Assembly (NCBI GenBank): GCA_007695015.1 | Contig: REEN01000064.1 | Location: 1,087 to 65,086, forward strand | DNA from: Marinilabiliales bacterium | GTDB lineage: Bacteria > Bacteroidota > Bacteroidia > Bacteroidales > PUMT01 | DNA: 64,000 nt | Reading direction: 5' to 3' | Translations under genes and position numbers: made by a program | In this document: piece after piece, positions 22,351-32,471 of the stretch | Position numbering within the stretch: the stretch's first letter is position 1 | How the letters are laid out: each line of letters begins with the position of its first letter | The notes under the pieces: generated by a model | The model's input: only the letters and a program-made list of their open reading frames with translations | What the model was told of the DNA's origin: nothing | Database searches by the model: none

Positions 22351-23451
22351 TCAAACTCCGGCCCCTGAAGCGGCATTGTCGTCCGCCTTCTCCGGGTCGA
22401 GCAGGACCCTGGCCTTTGGCAGGCATTGCGGATACTTCTCCTGCAGGAAAGCAAGCAGTTTTTCACGTACCTGCACCCTCAGGTCCCATGCAGTACCCGA
22501 ATCGACTGCACTTACCAGCGCCCTGATCTCCACAGTCCTTTCGGTTGCGTTGGTCACCTGTACCACCTTCACCTTGCCGTCCCAAAGCGGGTTCCCTTCC
22601 AGAATTCTGTCAAGTTCTTCACGCACGGCATCGACAGGCAGGGTGTAATCTGCATAGATAAATACCGTACCCAGGATCTCAGCAGTGGTGCGTGTCCAGT
22701 TCTGGAACGGCGTTTCAATAAAATAGGTTGTCGGCAAAACCAGCCGGCGCTTATCCCATATTGCTACAACAACATAGGTGAGGTTGATCTCCTCTATCCT
22801 TCCCCACTCGTTCTCGACTATCACCACATCGTCAAGTCTGATAGGCTGGCTGATTGCAATCTGGATGCCTGCCAGTATCGTCCCGATGGCCCTTTGCGCC
22901 GCGAAGCCTATTATTATACCGGCCACTCCGGCCGATGCTATGAGGCTTACACCTATCTTCCTTATACTGTCGAAAGACATCAGCACCAGGGAGACGCCCA
23001 CCAGCACAATCAGGAAGATCACTATATTCTCGAGTACCCTGAACTGGGTGTATATCTTCCTTGCCTGCAGGTTATCCTTCTTTTCAAGATCAAACCTGCG
23101 CAACAGGAAAAATTTAACCAGGTGTACCGACTGGATGAGTATCCAGCACACAAAAACGATAACCATTACCGATGTAAGGTGACTTATTGCTCCGGTGTGC
23201 CTCAACTGATGGTCGAAGAAGGAGAGAGGCACTACAAGGGAAAGGAAAACCGATAACAGTACAAAGGGTACTTTGAGCTTCTTTCTTAAACGCCTGACGA
23301 ATTCCAGGCTCTCTTCCCCTGCCCACATGCCCGCAACCCTGCCCAGTACAAATACAAGCACCAGCAGCACCGCGAACACCACCAGCACACCCAGCAGGTA
23401 TTGAACAATAAACAGGTTTTCTCCGGTTATTCCACTGATAAGTGCATCCAT
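22351..23451 (-). CDS. mechanosensitive ion channel family protein (MscS-like)
   Basis: Several N-terminal TM helices followed by the MscS beta-domain block ...ISQPIRLDDVVIVENEWGRIEEINLTYVVVAIWDKRRLVLP.... ATG at 23449-23451 is preferred over the TTG at 23484 used by the ORF track. Confidence 0.85.
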   Translation of the reverse strand: MDALISGITGENLFIVQYLLGVLVVFAVLLVLVFVLGRVAGMWAGEESLEFVRRLRKKLKVPFVLLSVFLSLVVPLSFFDHQLRHTGAISHLTSVMVIVFVCWILIQSVHLVKFFLLRRFDLEKKDNLQARKIYTQFRVLENIVIFLIVLVGVSLVLMSFDSIRKIGVSLIASAGVAGIIIGFAAQRAIGTILAGIQIAISQPIRLDDVVIVENEWGRIEEINLTYVVVAIWDKRRLVLPTTYFIETPFQNWTRTTAEILGTVFIYADYTLPVDAVREELDRILEGNPLWDGKVKVVQVTNATERTVEIRALVSAVDSGTAWDLRVQVREKLLAFLQEKYPQCLPKARVLLDPEKADDNAASGAGV

Positions 23452-23629
23452 AATATCATATTTTAATTGAACCGACAGTAGCAAAGTTAATTACAATCAG
23501 CGGCAATGCAAAAACGGAAACGGCATAATGCCGCATACATGTATACCAGGTCGTCACTCCCGGTCCGCGTCAGGGGAAGCAGACATGACAGGACATCTTC
23601 CATTTTTTTGATTGGTGTCAAGTCATGTC

Positions 23630-23652
23630 GCAAACTTCTGAACGAAGTTTGC
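23630..23652 (-). terminator. hairpin downstream of the CTD-protein gene (possible terminator, no U-tract)
   Basis: Perfect 9-bp stem gcaaacttc / gaagtttgc with 5-nt loop, 43 nt after the stop at 23695. There is no adjacent T-run, so function is uncertain. Confidence 0.3.
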
Positions 23653-23694
23653 AGGTTAACCGGAATAAAAAAGGAAAGTTACAATTGCAGTTCA

Positions 23695-24936
23695 CTACCG
23701 GTTCCTGAACAGGTAGAGGGGGCCGGTAAATTCGTACTCAATATCGTCCCAGCCCTCACCGGTAACTATGTAGTAATAGACCCCCGGCGATGCAGGGGTG
23801 CCGTCTATCTGGCCATCCCACCCCTCTTCAGGGTCGGTCCACTCAAATACCTTCCTTCCGTACCGGTTATATACAATGGCCCGGAATTCACGAAGCGAAA
23901 CCGCCATAACCATGAAGAACTCATGAGAAGAGCCCGTGCCGGTCGAAAAGACATTTGGAACCTCCAGCTCAGAGGGCAACACCTTAACAGGATCGGGGAG
24001 TATAAAAAGATTCTCGCAGAAATACTCCGATATGGTCATGAGTCCGACCTGGTATTCGCCGGGAATATAATATGTATGGACCGGGTCCTCTGCACGGTAA
24101 TCAGGAATATCCAGGTCTGTTGTATCGGGATGGTAAAACATGTACCATTTGTATTCGGCAGCATTGAGTGACGCACTGGCATCAAAGGTCACCTCCAGGG
24201 GGGCTTCTTCCTCTTCCGGGTCAACCGTAAATTCAGCTTTCGTGGTTACCGGCTCTTCAGTGACAGTGTAGCTCGACCTGCACTCGTAATAGCTGATCTC
24301 AAAGGTGTAAGCGGTTGTCACGGGAGGAGGGCTCCAAACCCTGGTCTGCAGCCTGTTTGGAACAGATACAAACGGATCGGCGGTCCACACCGGGGTAAAT
24401 TCGCCCGGCAGTTCATAAGCCTCGCCGCTGAATGGATCATGGTACCTGAATATCTCTATCCCAACCGTACCGAACATGTCAAGTGCCTCGCACCGGCTGA
24501 CTGTTGCCTCTTCATCTACCCCGGCAAGGGGACTGTTAACGAAGATCCATGCCCTGAAAACGGTATCAATATCCTCTCCATCGAATATCCTGACCCGGTA
24601 GCCCCCGCTTTCAAGGTTGCCGGCCGTTGAGGAGCTGCCGCTGTCAGACCTGAACGGGGCGCCATACTCCCCGGTAAGCGAATCATACCTTGACCATTCA
24701 AACCCGAGCGGTGACCCGGCGCCTGGAAGCGAAGCGGAAAGAGTGCCATTCTCGTTGCAGAAAACATATATATTGTCCTTTAGAACAGTATCCGGATACT
24801 CAACATCATACCCGCCAGCCACAATGGTTGAGTACCCCGATGATGTTATCTGGGCACCGCCAAATTGTATCCCTGCCGGGAATACCAGAAGCAGGCACGT
24901 AAAAAATCTCAGCCACGGCAGGCGGATTGCAAACAT
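23695..24936 (-). CDS. secreted PKD-like domain protein with T9SS type-B (gliding-motility-associated) C-terminal sorting domain
   Basis: 413 aa with signal peptide ...FGGA|QITS and a PKD-like block (LEVTFDASAS...DPVHTYYIPGEYQVGL). C-terminal VPNVFSTGTGSSHEFF...VYNRYGRKVFEWTD...WDGQIDGTPASPGVYYYIV matches the PNVFTPNGDG...WDG...G.YYY type-B CTD pattern. Confidence 0.8.
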   Translation of the reverse strand: MFAIRLPWLRFFTCLLLVFPAGIQFGGAQITSSGYSTIVAGGYDVEYPDTVLKDNIYVFCNENGTLSASLPGAGSPLGFEWSRYDSLTGEYGAPFRSDSGSSSTAGNLESGGYRVRIFDGEDIDTVFRAWIFVNSPLAGVDEEATVSRCEALDMFGTVGIEIFRYHDPFSGEAYELPGEFTPVWTADPFVSVPNRLQTRVWSPPPVTTAYTFEISYYECRSSYTVTEEPVTTKAEFTVDPEEEEAPLEVTFDASASLNAAEYKWYMFYHPDTTDLDIPDYRAEDPVHTYYIPGEYQVGLMTISEYFCENLFILPDPVKVLPSELEVPNVFSTGTGSSHEFFMVMAVSLREFRAIVYNRYGRKVFEWTDPEEGWDGQIDGTPASPGVYYYIVTGEGWDDIEYEFTGPLYLFRNR

Positions 24937-25059
24937 AGTGCGTGAAATTATTATTCCGGTACAGTTCCCGGCCTTATTTAAACTGACTGCATGGTCTGTA
25001 TATTATATTACAGGCTCCCAAAAATATCAATTCTTTTGAAAACCTCAATATGTTGATAA

Positions 25060-27609
25060 ATGAACTACGCCTTAGTTGGAGATAATAAACCAACAGGGTA
25101 CTTTTACAGCTTCCTGCTGCGTAATGCACCGCACCGGAACCGTAAATATTTATTACCGGAAAAAATCAGTTTGGTGACAGATTTTCTGAATGACCTTAAT
25201 AAAGCCCAGAGAGAGGCCGTAACCGATGCCGAGGGGCCGGCACTAATCATTGCCGGCGCCGGATCGGGCAAAACCCGTGTCCTGACATACAGAATTGCAT
25301 GGCTCCTCAGCAGGGGGGTGCCGGCACATTCCATCCTTGCACTTACATTTACCAACAAGGCTGCCGCCGGGATGAAGGAGCGCATAGCAGATCTTGTCGG
25401 GACCGGTAACGCCAAATACCTGTGGATGGGGACATTCCATTCTGTGTTCGCCAGAATACTGCGGGCAGAAGCAAAGCATACCGGCTATTCCTCAAATTTC
25501 ACCATCTACGACACACAGGATTCGCGCAACGTAATAAAATCGATCATCAGGGATATGGTCCTTGACGAGCAGACATACAAGCCCGGCGAGGTGTACGGCA
25601 GAATATCGTTTGTCAAGAATAACCTGGTAACACCGCAGGCATATGCTTCAAATTCTTCACTCACGGCAGAGGACAGCCGGAGTCGCAGGCCGATGATCGC
25701 AGAGATCTACAAAAGATACCTGCAAAGGTGCCGGACTGCCGATGCAATGGATTTCGATGATCTGCTGCTGAACACCAACATCCTTTTAAGGGACAACCCT
25801 GAAGTGCTCGAAAAGTACAGTAACGCCTTCAGGTACATCCTGGTTGATGAGTACCAGGACACGAACTTTGCCCAGTACCTTATAGTTGCCAAACTTGCCT
25901 CGGGTCACGGGAACCTTGCGGTTGTGGGCGATGATGCCCAAAGCATATATTCATTCAGGGGGGCCCGCATTGAGAATATACTCAATTTCAAAAAGGATTA
26001 CCCCGGTTACAAACTGTTCAAGCTTGAGCAGAACTACCGCTCTACAAAAACGATCGTGGAGGCCGCCAACAGCCTGATATCAAAAAACCGTAACCAGATC
26101 ACCAAGAAGGTGTGGTCGGCAAATGCCGACGGTGAAAAGATTACGGTTGCCCAGTGTGCCACAGATCATGAAGAGGGTGCTCTTGCTGCACGGCTCATTG
26201 AGGAAAAATCGGCCACGGGTGACGGCAAATACAGCGATTTCGCCATTCTGTACCGGACAAATGCACAGTCGAGGATATTTGAAGAGATCCTTCGCCGCAG
26301 GGGAATTCCCTATAAGGTCTATGGAAGCCTCTCGTTCTACCAGCGCAAGGAGATAAAAGACCTGCTGGCATATTTCAGGCTTACCGTGAACAGGCGCGAC
26401 ATCGAATCCTTCTACAGGATAATAAACTACCCGGCAAGGGGAATTGGCAGGACCACAACCGACAGGCTCAACAGGTACTGCAATGAAAACGGGCTCATCC
26501 CCTTTGATGTTACAGCCGATCCCGGCCCGCATTCCGGAGCCCTGGGCTATAACCGGGGCACCCTGGCAAAGCTTGCCGCATTCAGTTCAATGATAAGCGG
26601 CTTTACCCGGATTGCCGGATCGGCCGATGCATGGCAGGCTGCGCGTGAGATTGCCTCCTCATCGGGTATCCTGAAGGATCTTTTTGATCCGAAATCACCC
26701 GAAAACATCGCCAAATACGAAAACATACAGGAACTGCTGAACGGGGTCAGGGAGTTTACCGAACAGCAGATGGCAGAAGGTGAGGATGCATCACTGGCCG
26801 CCTTCCTGCAAAACGTGTCGCTGCTGACCGACCAGGATAACGAAAAACCCGACGACCGTAACAAGGTGACACTTATGACGGTGCATTCTGCTAAAGGACT
26901 TGAGTTCAGGCATGTATTTGTAGGCGGACTGGAGGAGGAGCTCTTCCCGAACCATTTTTCCAGCTCATCGCCGACGGGACTGGAAGAGGAACGGAGACTC
27001 TTTTATGTAGCCCTCACAAGGGCAGAAGCCACCGCTACCCTGTCGCACTCACAAACACGTTACCGATGGGGAATGCCTGTAATGTGCCGGCCAAGCAGGT
27101 TTTTGTCGGAAATCGACAGCCGTTTCCTGGAATACCCTGAAGGGATTACAGGCAGCAATTCAGATGCCGGCACCGGCAGGGTGCGGGTACCCGGTAAACC
27201 CCGAAAAAATCTGAACCCTCATAAGCCGGGTGAACAAACCCCGGCGGGGACTCCTCCCCTGAAAAACCCGATGAGAAGATTACGCAGGATCCGCTCTGAT
27301 GAAGCTAAAGCAGGAAACAGCAAAACAACCGGAGTTCACGCCGGCAGCCACCAGGAACCGCTTCCCCTGGACCGGCCTTCAGACAGTCAGCCGCCGGTTG
27401 GCGGCAACGAAGCACCACGGGATAACGCAAATGGCGGTCAAACGGAGCTCAGTCCCGGAATGGCCGTCGAACATGCCCGCTTCGGGAAGGGAAGGATAAC
27501 GGCTCTCGAGGGCCATCCTCCCAATGTCAGGGCAACGGTCAGTTTTGATGGAGCAGGGCAAAAGCAACTCCTGCTAAAATTTGCAAAACTCAGGATAATC
27601 TCCGGCTGA
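25060..27609 (+). CDS. UvrD/PcrA/Rep-family ATP-dependent DNA helicase
   Basis: Motifs LN.AQREAV, Walker A AGAGSGKTRVLT, VDEYQDTN, YRS.., TVHSAKGLEF, and a C-terminal Tudor-like tail (HARFGKGRITALEG...). The start is uncertain. ATG 25060 adds ~37 unconserved residues, and in-frame TTG 25171 / GTG 25174 just before DFLNDLNKAQ are alternatives. Confidence 0.9.
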   Translation: MNYALVGDNKPTGYFYSFLLRNAPHRNRKYLLPEKISLVTDFLNDLNKAQREAVTDAEGPALIIAGAGSGKTRVLTYRIAWLLSRGVPAHSILALTFTNKAAAGMKERIADLVGTGNAKYLWMGTFHSVFARILRAEAKHTGYSSNFTIYDTQDSRNVIKSIIRDMVLDEQTYKPGEVYGRISFVKNNLVTPQAYASNSSLTAEDSRSRRPMIAEIYKRYLQRCRTADAMDFDDLLLNTNILLRDNPEVLEKYSNAFRYILVDEYQDTNFAQYLIVAKLASGHGNLAVVGDDAQSIYSFRGARIENILNFKKDYPGYKLFKLEQNYRSTKTIVEAANSLISKNRNQITKKVWSANADGEKITVAQCATDHEEGALAARLIEEKSATGDGKYSDFAILYRTNAQSRIFEEILRRRGIPYKVYGSLSFYQRKEIKDLLAYFRLTVNRRDIESFYRIINYPARGIGRTTTDRLNRYCNENGLIPFDVTADPGPHSGALGYNRGTLAKLAAFSSMISGFTRIAGSADAWQAAREIASSSGILKDLFDPKSPENIAKYENIQELLNGVREFTEQQMAEGEDASLAAFLQNVSLLTDQDNEKPDDRNKVTLMTVHSAKGLEFRHVFVGGLEEELFPNHFSSSSPTGLEEERRLFYVALTRAEATATLSHSQTRYRWGMPVMCRPSRFLSEIDSRFLEYPEGITGSNSDAGTGRVRVPGKPRKNLNPHKPGEQTPAGTPPLKNPMRRLRRIRSDEAKAGNSKTTGVHAGSHQEPLPLDRPSDSQPPVGGNEAPRDNANGGQTELSPGMAVEHARFGKGRITALEGHPPNVRATVSFDGAGQKQLLLKFAKLRIISG

Positions 27610-27698
27610 CAGGTCACAGTATGATACCGGTACCACTCCCGGTCATTCCCAAAAACGTAAATTAACTGCTAAATGCCTTTTTTTCACCGGATATTTAG

Positions 27699-27706
27699 TA
27701 ATTTTG
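27699..27706 (+). promoter_or_regulatory. candidate -7 box (TAatTTTG) upstream of DUF4290-murA
   Basis: tagTAATTTTGcag ends 22 nt before ATG 27728. No clear -33 TTTG partner was seen. Confidence 0.35.
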
Positions 27707-27727
27707 CAGAACAATCATCTTTAACCA

Positions 27728-28387
27728 ATGGAAGAGAAGAATAACCAAACAGGCCCGACCCAGGCAAACCTGGCCGACGACTACAACACGAGCAGGGAAA
27801 AGATGGCTATTCCCGAATACGGCAGGAATATCCATAATATGATCAAGCATATCGGGACAATAGAAGACCGTGAAGAACGGAACAAGGCGGCACGATCCAT
27901 TATTTCCATAATGGGGAACATGAACCCGCATTTGAGGGATATCAATGATTTCAAGCACAAGCTGTGGGACCACCTTGCCATCATGTCCAATTTCAGCCTG
28001 GACATCGATTACCCGTATGAGCCTCCCAAACCTTCAACTTTTACTGAAAAGCCCAAACCGGTTCCTTACCATACCTATCCGATCAGGTATAAACATTACG
28101 GCAGGCTCCTGGAGCAAATGATCAAGACTGCAACAGAGATGGAAGAAGGAGAGAAGAAAGAGGCACTTGTGCACATGATTGCCAATCATATGAAGAAATG
28201 CTACCTGACCTGGAACAGGAGCCAGGTTACCGATGAGATAATATACAATGATCTCAGGGAGCTTAGCAGGGGACTTATTGACAGGGGATCTGAGATTAAA
28301 CTGTCCGAGTCAAGGGAAATACTGTCCCGCACCAGGAAGAAAAAAACACAGCGAAAATACAATCCCAGGCAACAGCAAAAGCAATAG
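27728..28387 (+). CDS. DUF4290-like protein (conserved Bacteroidota partner of murA)
   Basis: 219 aa with ...IPEYGRNIHNMIKHIG.IEDREERNKAARSIISIMGNMNPHLRD..DFKHKLWDHL... and a basic tail. Sits immediately upstream of murA, as I recall for DUF4290 in Bacteroidota. Assignment from memory, no search run. Confidence 0.7.
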   Translation: MEEKNNQTGPTQANLADDYNTSREKMAIPEYGRNIHNMIKHIGTIEDREERNKAARSIISIMGNMNPHLRDINDFKHKLWDHLAIMSNFSLDIDYPYEPPKPSTFTEKPKPVPYHTYPIRYKHYGRLLEQMIKTATEMEEGEKKEALVHMIANHMKKCYLTWNRSQVTDEIIYNDLRELSRGLIDRGSEIKLSESREILSRTRKKKTQRKYNPRQQQKQ

Positions 28388-28484
28388 TATCAGGGTTTTT
28401 TGAAAAGCCCCTCAAGCCGGCCCTTAAAAACCCGGCAGCACGGGGACAGGGTTTCCTTTTGCCTGTTTAAAAATCTGTCATGTT

Positions 28485-29792
28485 ATGGCATCTTTTGAAA
28501 TCAGGGGCGGGTACCCCCTAAAGGGAGAACTGACTGCCCAGGGTGCAAAGAACGAAGCGCTCCAGATCATCTCTGCAACAATTCTTACATGCGAGAAGGT
28601 CACCATCGGCAACATTCCCGAAATCCTTGATGTGATCAGGCTTATTGAGCTTATCGAAAAGCTTGGCGTAGAGGTCGAAAAAACCGGTGAAGGCCGCTAC
28701 GAATTCAGGGCGTGCAATTTAAATCCCGGATACCTTCTTTCTGACGATTTCAGGGCAAGGGCTGCCAACCTTCGCGGATCGGTCATGATAATAGGCCCGC
28801 TACTGGCAAGGTTTGGCAAGGCCTATATGCCCAAACCGGGAGGCGACAAGATAGGGCGCAGGAGGCTTGACACCCACTTTACGGGCTTCATAAAACTTGG
28901 TGCAAAATTTGAATATGATGTAAGGAAGGACTTTTACCGGGTCGAGGGCAAAGATCTGAAAGGATGCTATATGCTTCTTGATGAGGCATCGGTAACCGGA
29001 ACAGCGAATATTGTGATGGCGGCGGTCCTTGCAAAGGGAACAACTACAATATACAATGCCGCATGTGAACCTTACCTTCAGCAACTATGCAAAATGCTGA
29101 ACCGAATGGGTGCCAGGATATCCGGTGTGGGATCAAACCTCCTCACAATTGAAGGAGTTGAAAGCCTTGGCGGCACAGAACACACGGTTCTGCCCGATAT
29201 GATAGAGATAGGTTCCTTTATCGGCATGGCAGCAATGACCGAATCGGAAATTACCATAAAAAATGTGTCGTACGACAATCTTGGTATAATACCCGATGCC
29301 TTCAGCAGGCTTGGAATAAAACTTGAAAGACAGGGTGATGATATATTTATACCTTCACAGTCCCACTATGAGATTGAGACATATATTGACGGTTCTATAA
29401 TGACAATCGCCGACGCCATATGGCCGGGACTTACCCCTGACCTGCTCAGCGTCTTCCTGGTGGTAGCCACCCAGTCAAAAGGGAGTGTGCTGATACATCA
29501 GAAAATGTTTGAAAGCCGTCTCTTCTTTGTTGACAAGCTGATGGATATGGGAGCCCAGATTATACTCTGTGACCCTCACCGCGCAACGGTCATTGGCCTT
29601 AACAAACAGTTCAGGCTCCGGGCTACAAATATGGTCTCGCCCGATATCAGAGCCGGCGTTGCCCTGCTCATAGCGGCCATGTCGGCCGAGGGCACAAGCG
29701 TCATCAATAATATTGATCAGATCGACAGGGGATACCAGAGAATTGATGAAAGGCTCAATGCCTTAGGCGCCAGAATTAAAAGGATCGCCTGA
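28485..29792 (+). CDS. murA: UDP-N-acetylglucosamine 1-carboxyvinyltransferase
   Basis: 435 aa with ...GAKNEALQIISA..L..., KPGGDKIGRRRLDTH (Asp in place of the fosfomycin-target Cys position) and ...IDRGYQRIDERL..LGA.I.R. Confidence 0.93.
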   Translation: MASFEIRGGYPLKGELTAQGAKNEALQIISATILTCEKVTIGNIPEILDVIRLIELIEKLGVEVEKTGEGRYEFRACNLNPGYLLSDDFRARAANLRGSVMIIGPLLARFGKAYMPKPGGDKIGRRRLDTHFTGFIKLGAKFEYDVRKDFYRVEGKDLKGCYMLLDEASVTGTANIVMAAVLAKGTTTIYNAACEPYLQQLCKMLNRMGARISGVGSNLLTIEGVESLGGTEHTVLPDMIEIGSFIGMAAMTESEITIKNVSYDNLGIIPDAFSRLGIKLERQGDDIFIPSQSHYEIETYIDGSIMTIADAIWPGLTPDLLSVFLVVATQSKGSVLIHQKMFESRLFFVDKLMDMGAQIILCDPHRATVIGLNKQFRLRATNMVSPDIRAGVALLIAAMSAEGTSVINNIDQIDRGYQRIDERLNALGARIKRIA

Positions 29793-29858
29793 ACATCTCC
29801 CCCGGTTAATTGTTATTCTTACCCAGAATGTAATCCTTATAATTAAACTGATTATAAA

Positions 29859-30464
29859 ATGCGCATTATTAGATTTGCTGCTCTCGCAGCACTGGTTATA
29901 ATACTTGCTCTGTGGCTGACAGGCAGGAAAAACGGAACTACAGGCACTTCACCTGAAAATGCTGCCACTGTTCAGCCTACCGGCAACACGGGGAACAGGA
30001 TAGGCGACACCGCTCCCGACATAGAGCTGTTAACTCCGGACGGAGAAACGGTTACACTTTCCTCACTGAGGGGCAACGTGGTAATGCTCGATTTCTGGGC
30101 ATCGTGGTGCGGACCATGCCGCAGGAGTAATCCTGCAAAGGTAGAGGCCTGGGAGCGTTTCAGGGACAAGGAGTTTGTCAACGGCAGCGGCTTCAGTTTG
30201 TTTTCTGTTTCACTCGACACCAACAGGGAGTCCTGGATCAAAGGTATTGAAGATGATAATCTCGGGTGGGATCACCATGTCAGTGACCTTCTGGGATGGA
30301 GCTCCGAAACCGCTGCGCTTTACCAGGTAAGGAGCATACCTGCAAGCTGGCTTATAGACGGCAATGGCATGATAATTGCCAGAAACCTGAGAGGCGACGA
30401 TATATCAGAAGCACTGACCGGACTTCTAACCGGGCAGGATGCCGTCACCCTTAACAATTTATAA
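29859..30464 (+). CDS. TlpA-family thiol:disulfide oxidoreductase (thioredoxin fold), membrane-anchored
   Basis: N-terminal TM helix and redox motif FWASWCGPCR. Thioredoxin-like length (201 aa). Confidence 0.85.
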   Translation: MRIIRFAALAALVIILALWLTGRKNGTTGTSPENAATVQPTGNTGNRIGDTAPDIELLTPDGETVTLSSLRGNVVMLDFWASWCGPCRRSNPAKVEAWERFRDKEFVNGSGFSLFSVSLDTNRESWIKGIEDDNLGWDHHVSDLLGWSSETAALYQVRSIPASWLIDGNGMIIARNLRGDDISEALTGLLTGQDAVTLNNL

Positions 30465-30608
30465 ATAGATCGCCGACCGGCACCGGGAAATATTGTCCGG
30501 TACCCGTTAATGGATCACTCCCCCTATGCCAAAATGTCGGTTACCGGGATATGGCCCGGTATTTGCTTGGCAGTAGGTTCGCTTATTAATAATAAACGTG
30601 TAAAAGAA

Positions 30609-31193
30609 ATGGTAAAGAAAAAGACCACCGGGAAGAGACAGAAGGAAGGTGTTAAGACCGGTAAGGGGAAAGCTGCCGGTAAGGAGAAAGATCCCGGGAT
30701 ACCTGTTGATAAAGGAAATGCAGGTGAAACGGTTACTGAAGATGCTGATGTAGCCGTACTTGAAGAGAAGCTCAGGGAGACCGAGAACAAGTATCTGAGG
30801 CTGGCAGCGGAATTTGATAATTACCGGAAACGGACACTTAAGGAAAAGTCTGACCTTGTGCGTTTTGCAGGAGAGGATATTTTGACCGGACTCCTGCCTG
30901 TAATGGACGATTTTGACCGCGCATTGCAGAATCTTGACGGCACGAATGAGATCGGAGCCATCAAAAAGGGGGTGGAGCTTATTTATACCAAGCTGAAGGA
31001 CTATCTCAGAAGAAAAGGTGTGAAAGAGATCGAGGCCCTGGGAGATGAGTTCAATACCGATATGCATGAGGCAGTGACAAAATTCCCGGTTGACGATAAA
31101 AAAAAGAAGGGCAGAATTGTTGATGTGATAGAGAAAGGGTATATGCTTCATGACAAGGTAATAAGGTACGCCAAAGTTGTTGTGGGCGAATAG
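30609..31193 (+). CDS. grpE: nucleotide exchange factor GrpE
   Basis: GrpE blocks RL.AEFDNYRKRT.KE and ...H.AV.......G.I.DV.EKGY.LHDKVIRYAKVVVG. ATG 30609 (MVKKKTTGK...) is preferred over the upstream ORF-track start at 30510. Confidence 0.92.
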   Translation: MVKKKTTGKRQKEGVKTGKGKAAGKEKDPGIPVDKGNAGETVTEDADVAVLEEKLRETENKYLRLAAEFDNYRKRTLKEKSDLVRFAGEDILTGLLPVMDDFDRALQNLDGTNEIGAIKKGVELIYTKLKDYLRRKGVKEIEALGDEFNTDMHEAVTKFPVDDKKKKGRIVDVIEKGYMLHDKVIRYAKVVVGE

Positions 31194-31228
31194 CGTTTTA
31201 GAATCAAGTTTAAAATCCAGGCAGATCA

Positions 31229-32374
31229 ATGGCAAAAAGAGATTATTACGAAATACTCGATATTAAACGCAATGCCAGCCAGGCAGAAATAAAGTCGGCA
31301 TACCGGAAAAAAGCGCTGCAGTATCACCCCGACAAAAATCCGGGAGACCCAACCGCCGAGGAAAAGTTCAAGGAGGCTGCAGAGGCCTACGAGGTGCTTG
31401 GCAACGAACAAAAGAGGGCAAGGTATGACCAGTACGGACATGCCGGAGTTCAGGGAGATGCAGGCGGCTTTGGCGGAGGCGGCATGACAGTGGAGGATAT
31501 ATTCAGCCATTTCGGCGATATTTTTGGCGGCAGTTTCGGTGGTTTCGGCGGATTTTCCAGTGGAAGGCGAGCCCGCAGGGTTAATAAGGGCTCGAACCTG
31601 AGGGTCAAAGTGAAACTCAGCCTGAAAGATATTGCCGCCGGTGTGGAGAAGAAGATAAAGGTAACCAAATATGTGGCATGCAAAGTATGTGAAGGCACCG
31701 GGGCTCAAAACGGTACCGCTTTCAGTGACTGCTCTACATGTCATGGCGCCGGACAGGTTACCAGAATCTCCAACACGTTTCTCGGACAGATGCAGTCTAC
31801 CACAACCTGCCCATCCTGTGGCGGCGAAGGCAAGAGCATAACAAGCAAGTGCCCGTCGTGTTACGGAGAGGGTATCGTAAAAGAGACTGAAGTGGTAAAG
31901 CTCAATATTCCTGCCGGTGTTGCAGAAGGCATGCAGATGTCGGTCGGCGGCAAGGGTAATGCAGCCCGGAGAGGAGGCGTCAACGGCGACCTGCTGGTGG
32001 TCATCGAGGAGGAAAAACATCCTGAACTGATAAGAGACGGTAATGACCTTATATATTACCTGTACCTTAGCTTCCCTGAAGCGGCACTGGGAGTGCCTGT
32101 AGAGATACCAACCGTTGAAGGTAAAGTGAAGATCAAGGTTGAACCGGGAACCCAACCGGGCAAGATACTGAGGCTGCGGGGCAAGGGGCTGCCTGATATT
32201 AACGGCTACGGCAAGGGTGACCTGCTTGTCAATATAAACGTATGGGTGCCCAAAAACCTGTCAAAGGAAGAGCAGCAGGCAATCGAGAAATTGAGAGAGT
32301 CAAACAACTTTACACCTGATCCCAGCAAAGAAGATAAAAATTTTTTCGAGAGGATGAAGAGCTATTTTGAATAA
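31229..32374 (+). CDS. dnaJ: molecular chaperone DnaJ
   Basis: J-domain ([36 protein letters not shown]), G/F-rich linker and four CxxCxGxG zinc-finger repeats ([32 protein letters not shown]). Confidence 0.97.
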   Translation: MAKRDYYEILDIKRNASQAEIKSAYRKKALQYHPDKNPGDPTAEEKFKEAAEAYEVLGNEQKRARYDQYGHAGVQGDAGGFGGGGMTVEDIFSHFGDIFGGSFGGFGGFSSGRRARRVNKGSNLRVKVKLSLKDIAAGVEKKIKVTKYVACKVCEGTGAQNGTAFSDCSTCHGAGQVTRISNTFLGQMQSTTTCPSCGGEGKSITSKCPSCYGEGIVKETEVVKLNIPAGVAEGMQMSVGGKGNAARRGGVNGDLLVVIEEEKHPELIRDGNDLIYYLYLSFPEAALGVPVEIPTVEGKVKIKVEPGTQPGKILRLRGKGLPDINGYGKGDLLVNINVWVPKNLSKEEQQAIEKLRESNNFTPDPSKEDKNFFERMKSYFE

Positions 32375-32471
32375 CGATACTATATTTATACTGTTTTTAA
32401 ATTTTGCATTCATCTTCGGCCGGCACAGGTCAGGATAATATTGCCATTTCAACTTACAGACAGGTAAAATC

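Noticed and set aside
22426-23256. 276-aa plus-strand ORF overlapping the MscS gene
   Set aside because: It is antisense to a gene with a clear TM and MscS beta-domain pattern, and the translation is Cys/His/Tyr-rich with no motif. The same reasoning applies to 37646..38335, 35753..36397, 36142..36702, 6562..7239, 49404..50066, 51258..51944 and 38732..39244.
23506-24171. 221-aa plus-strand ORF across the MscS/CTD-protein intergenic region
   Set aside because: It overlaps the well-supported type-B CTD coding region on the opposite strand, and its translation has no motifs.
25060-25170. 37-residue unconserved N-terminal extension of the UvrD-like helicase as a possible extra domain
   Set aside because: It is more simply explained by a mis-assigned start, since in-frame TTG/GTG at 25171/25174 sits right before the conserved DFLN.LN..Q block. 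This cannot be decided without homolog alignment.
30507-32155. Two very long antisense ORFs (242 aa at 30507..31235 and 309 aa at 31226..32155) opposite grpE and dnaJ
   Set aside because: The sense frames carry unmistakable GrpE and DnaJ motifs (J-domain, four CxxCxGxG). The antisense translations are low-complexity with no recognisable motifs. Long shadow ORFs are expected opposite codon-biased genes.
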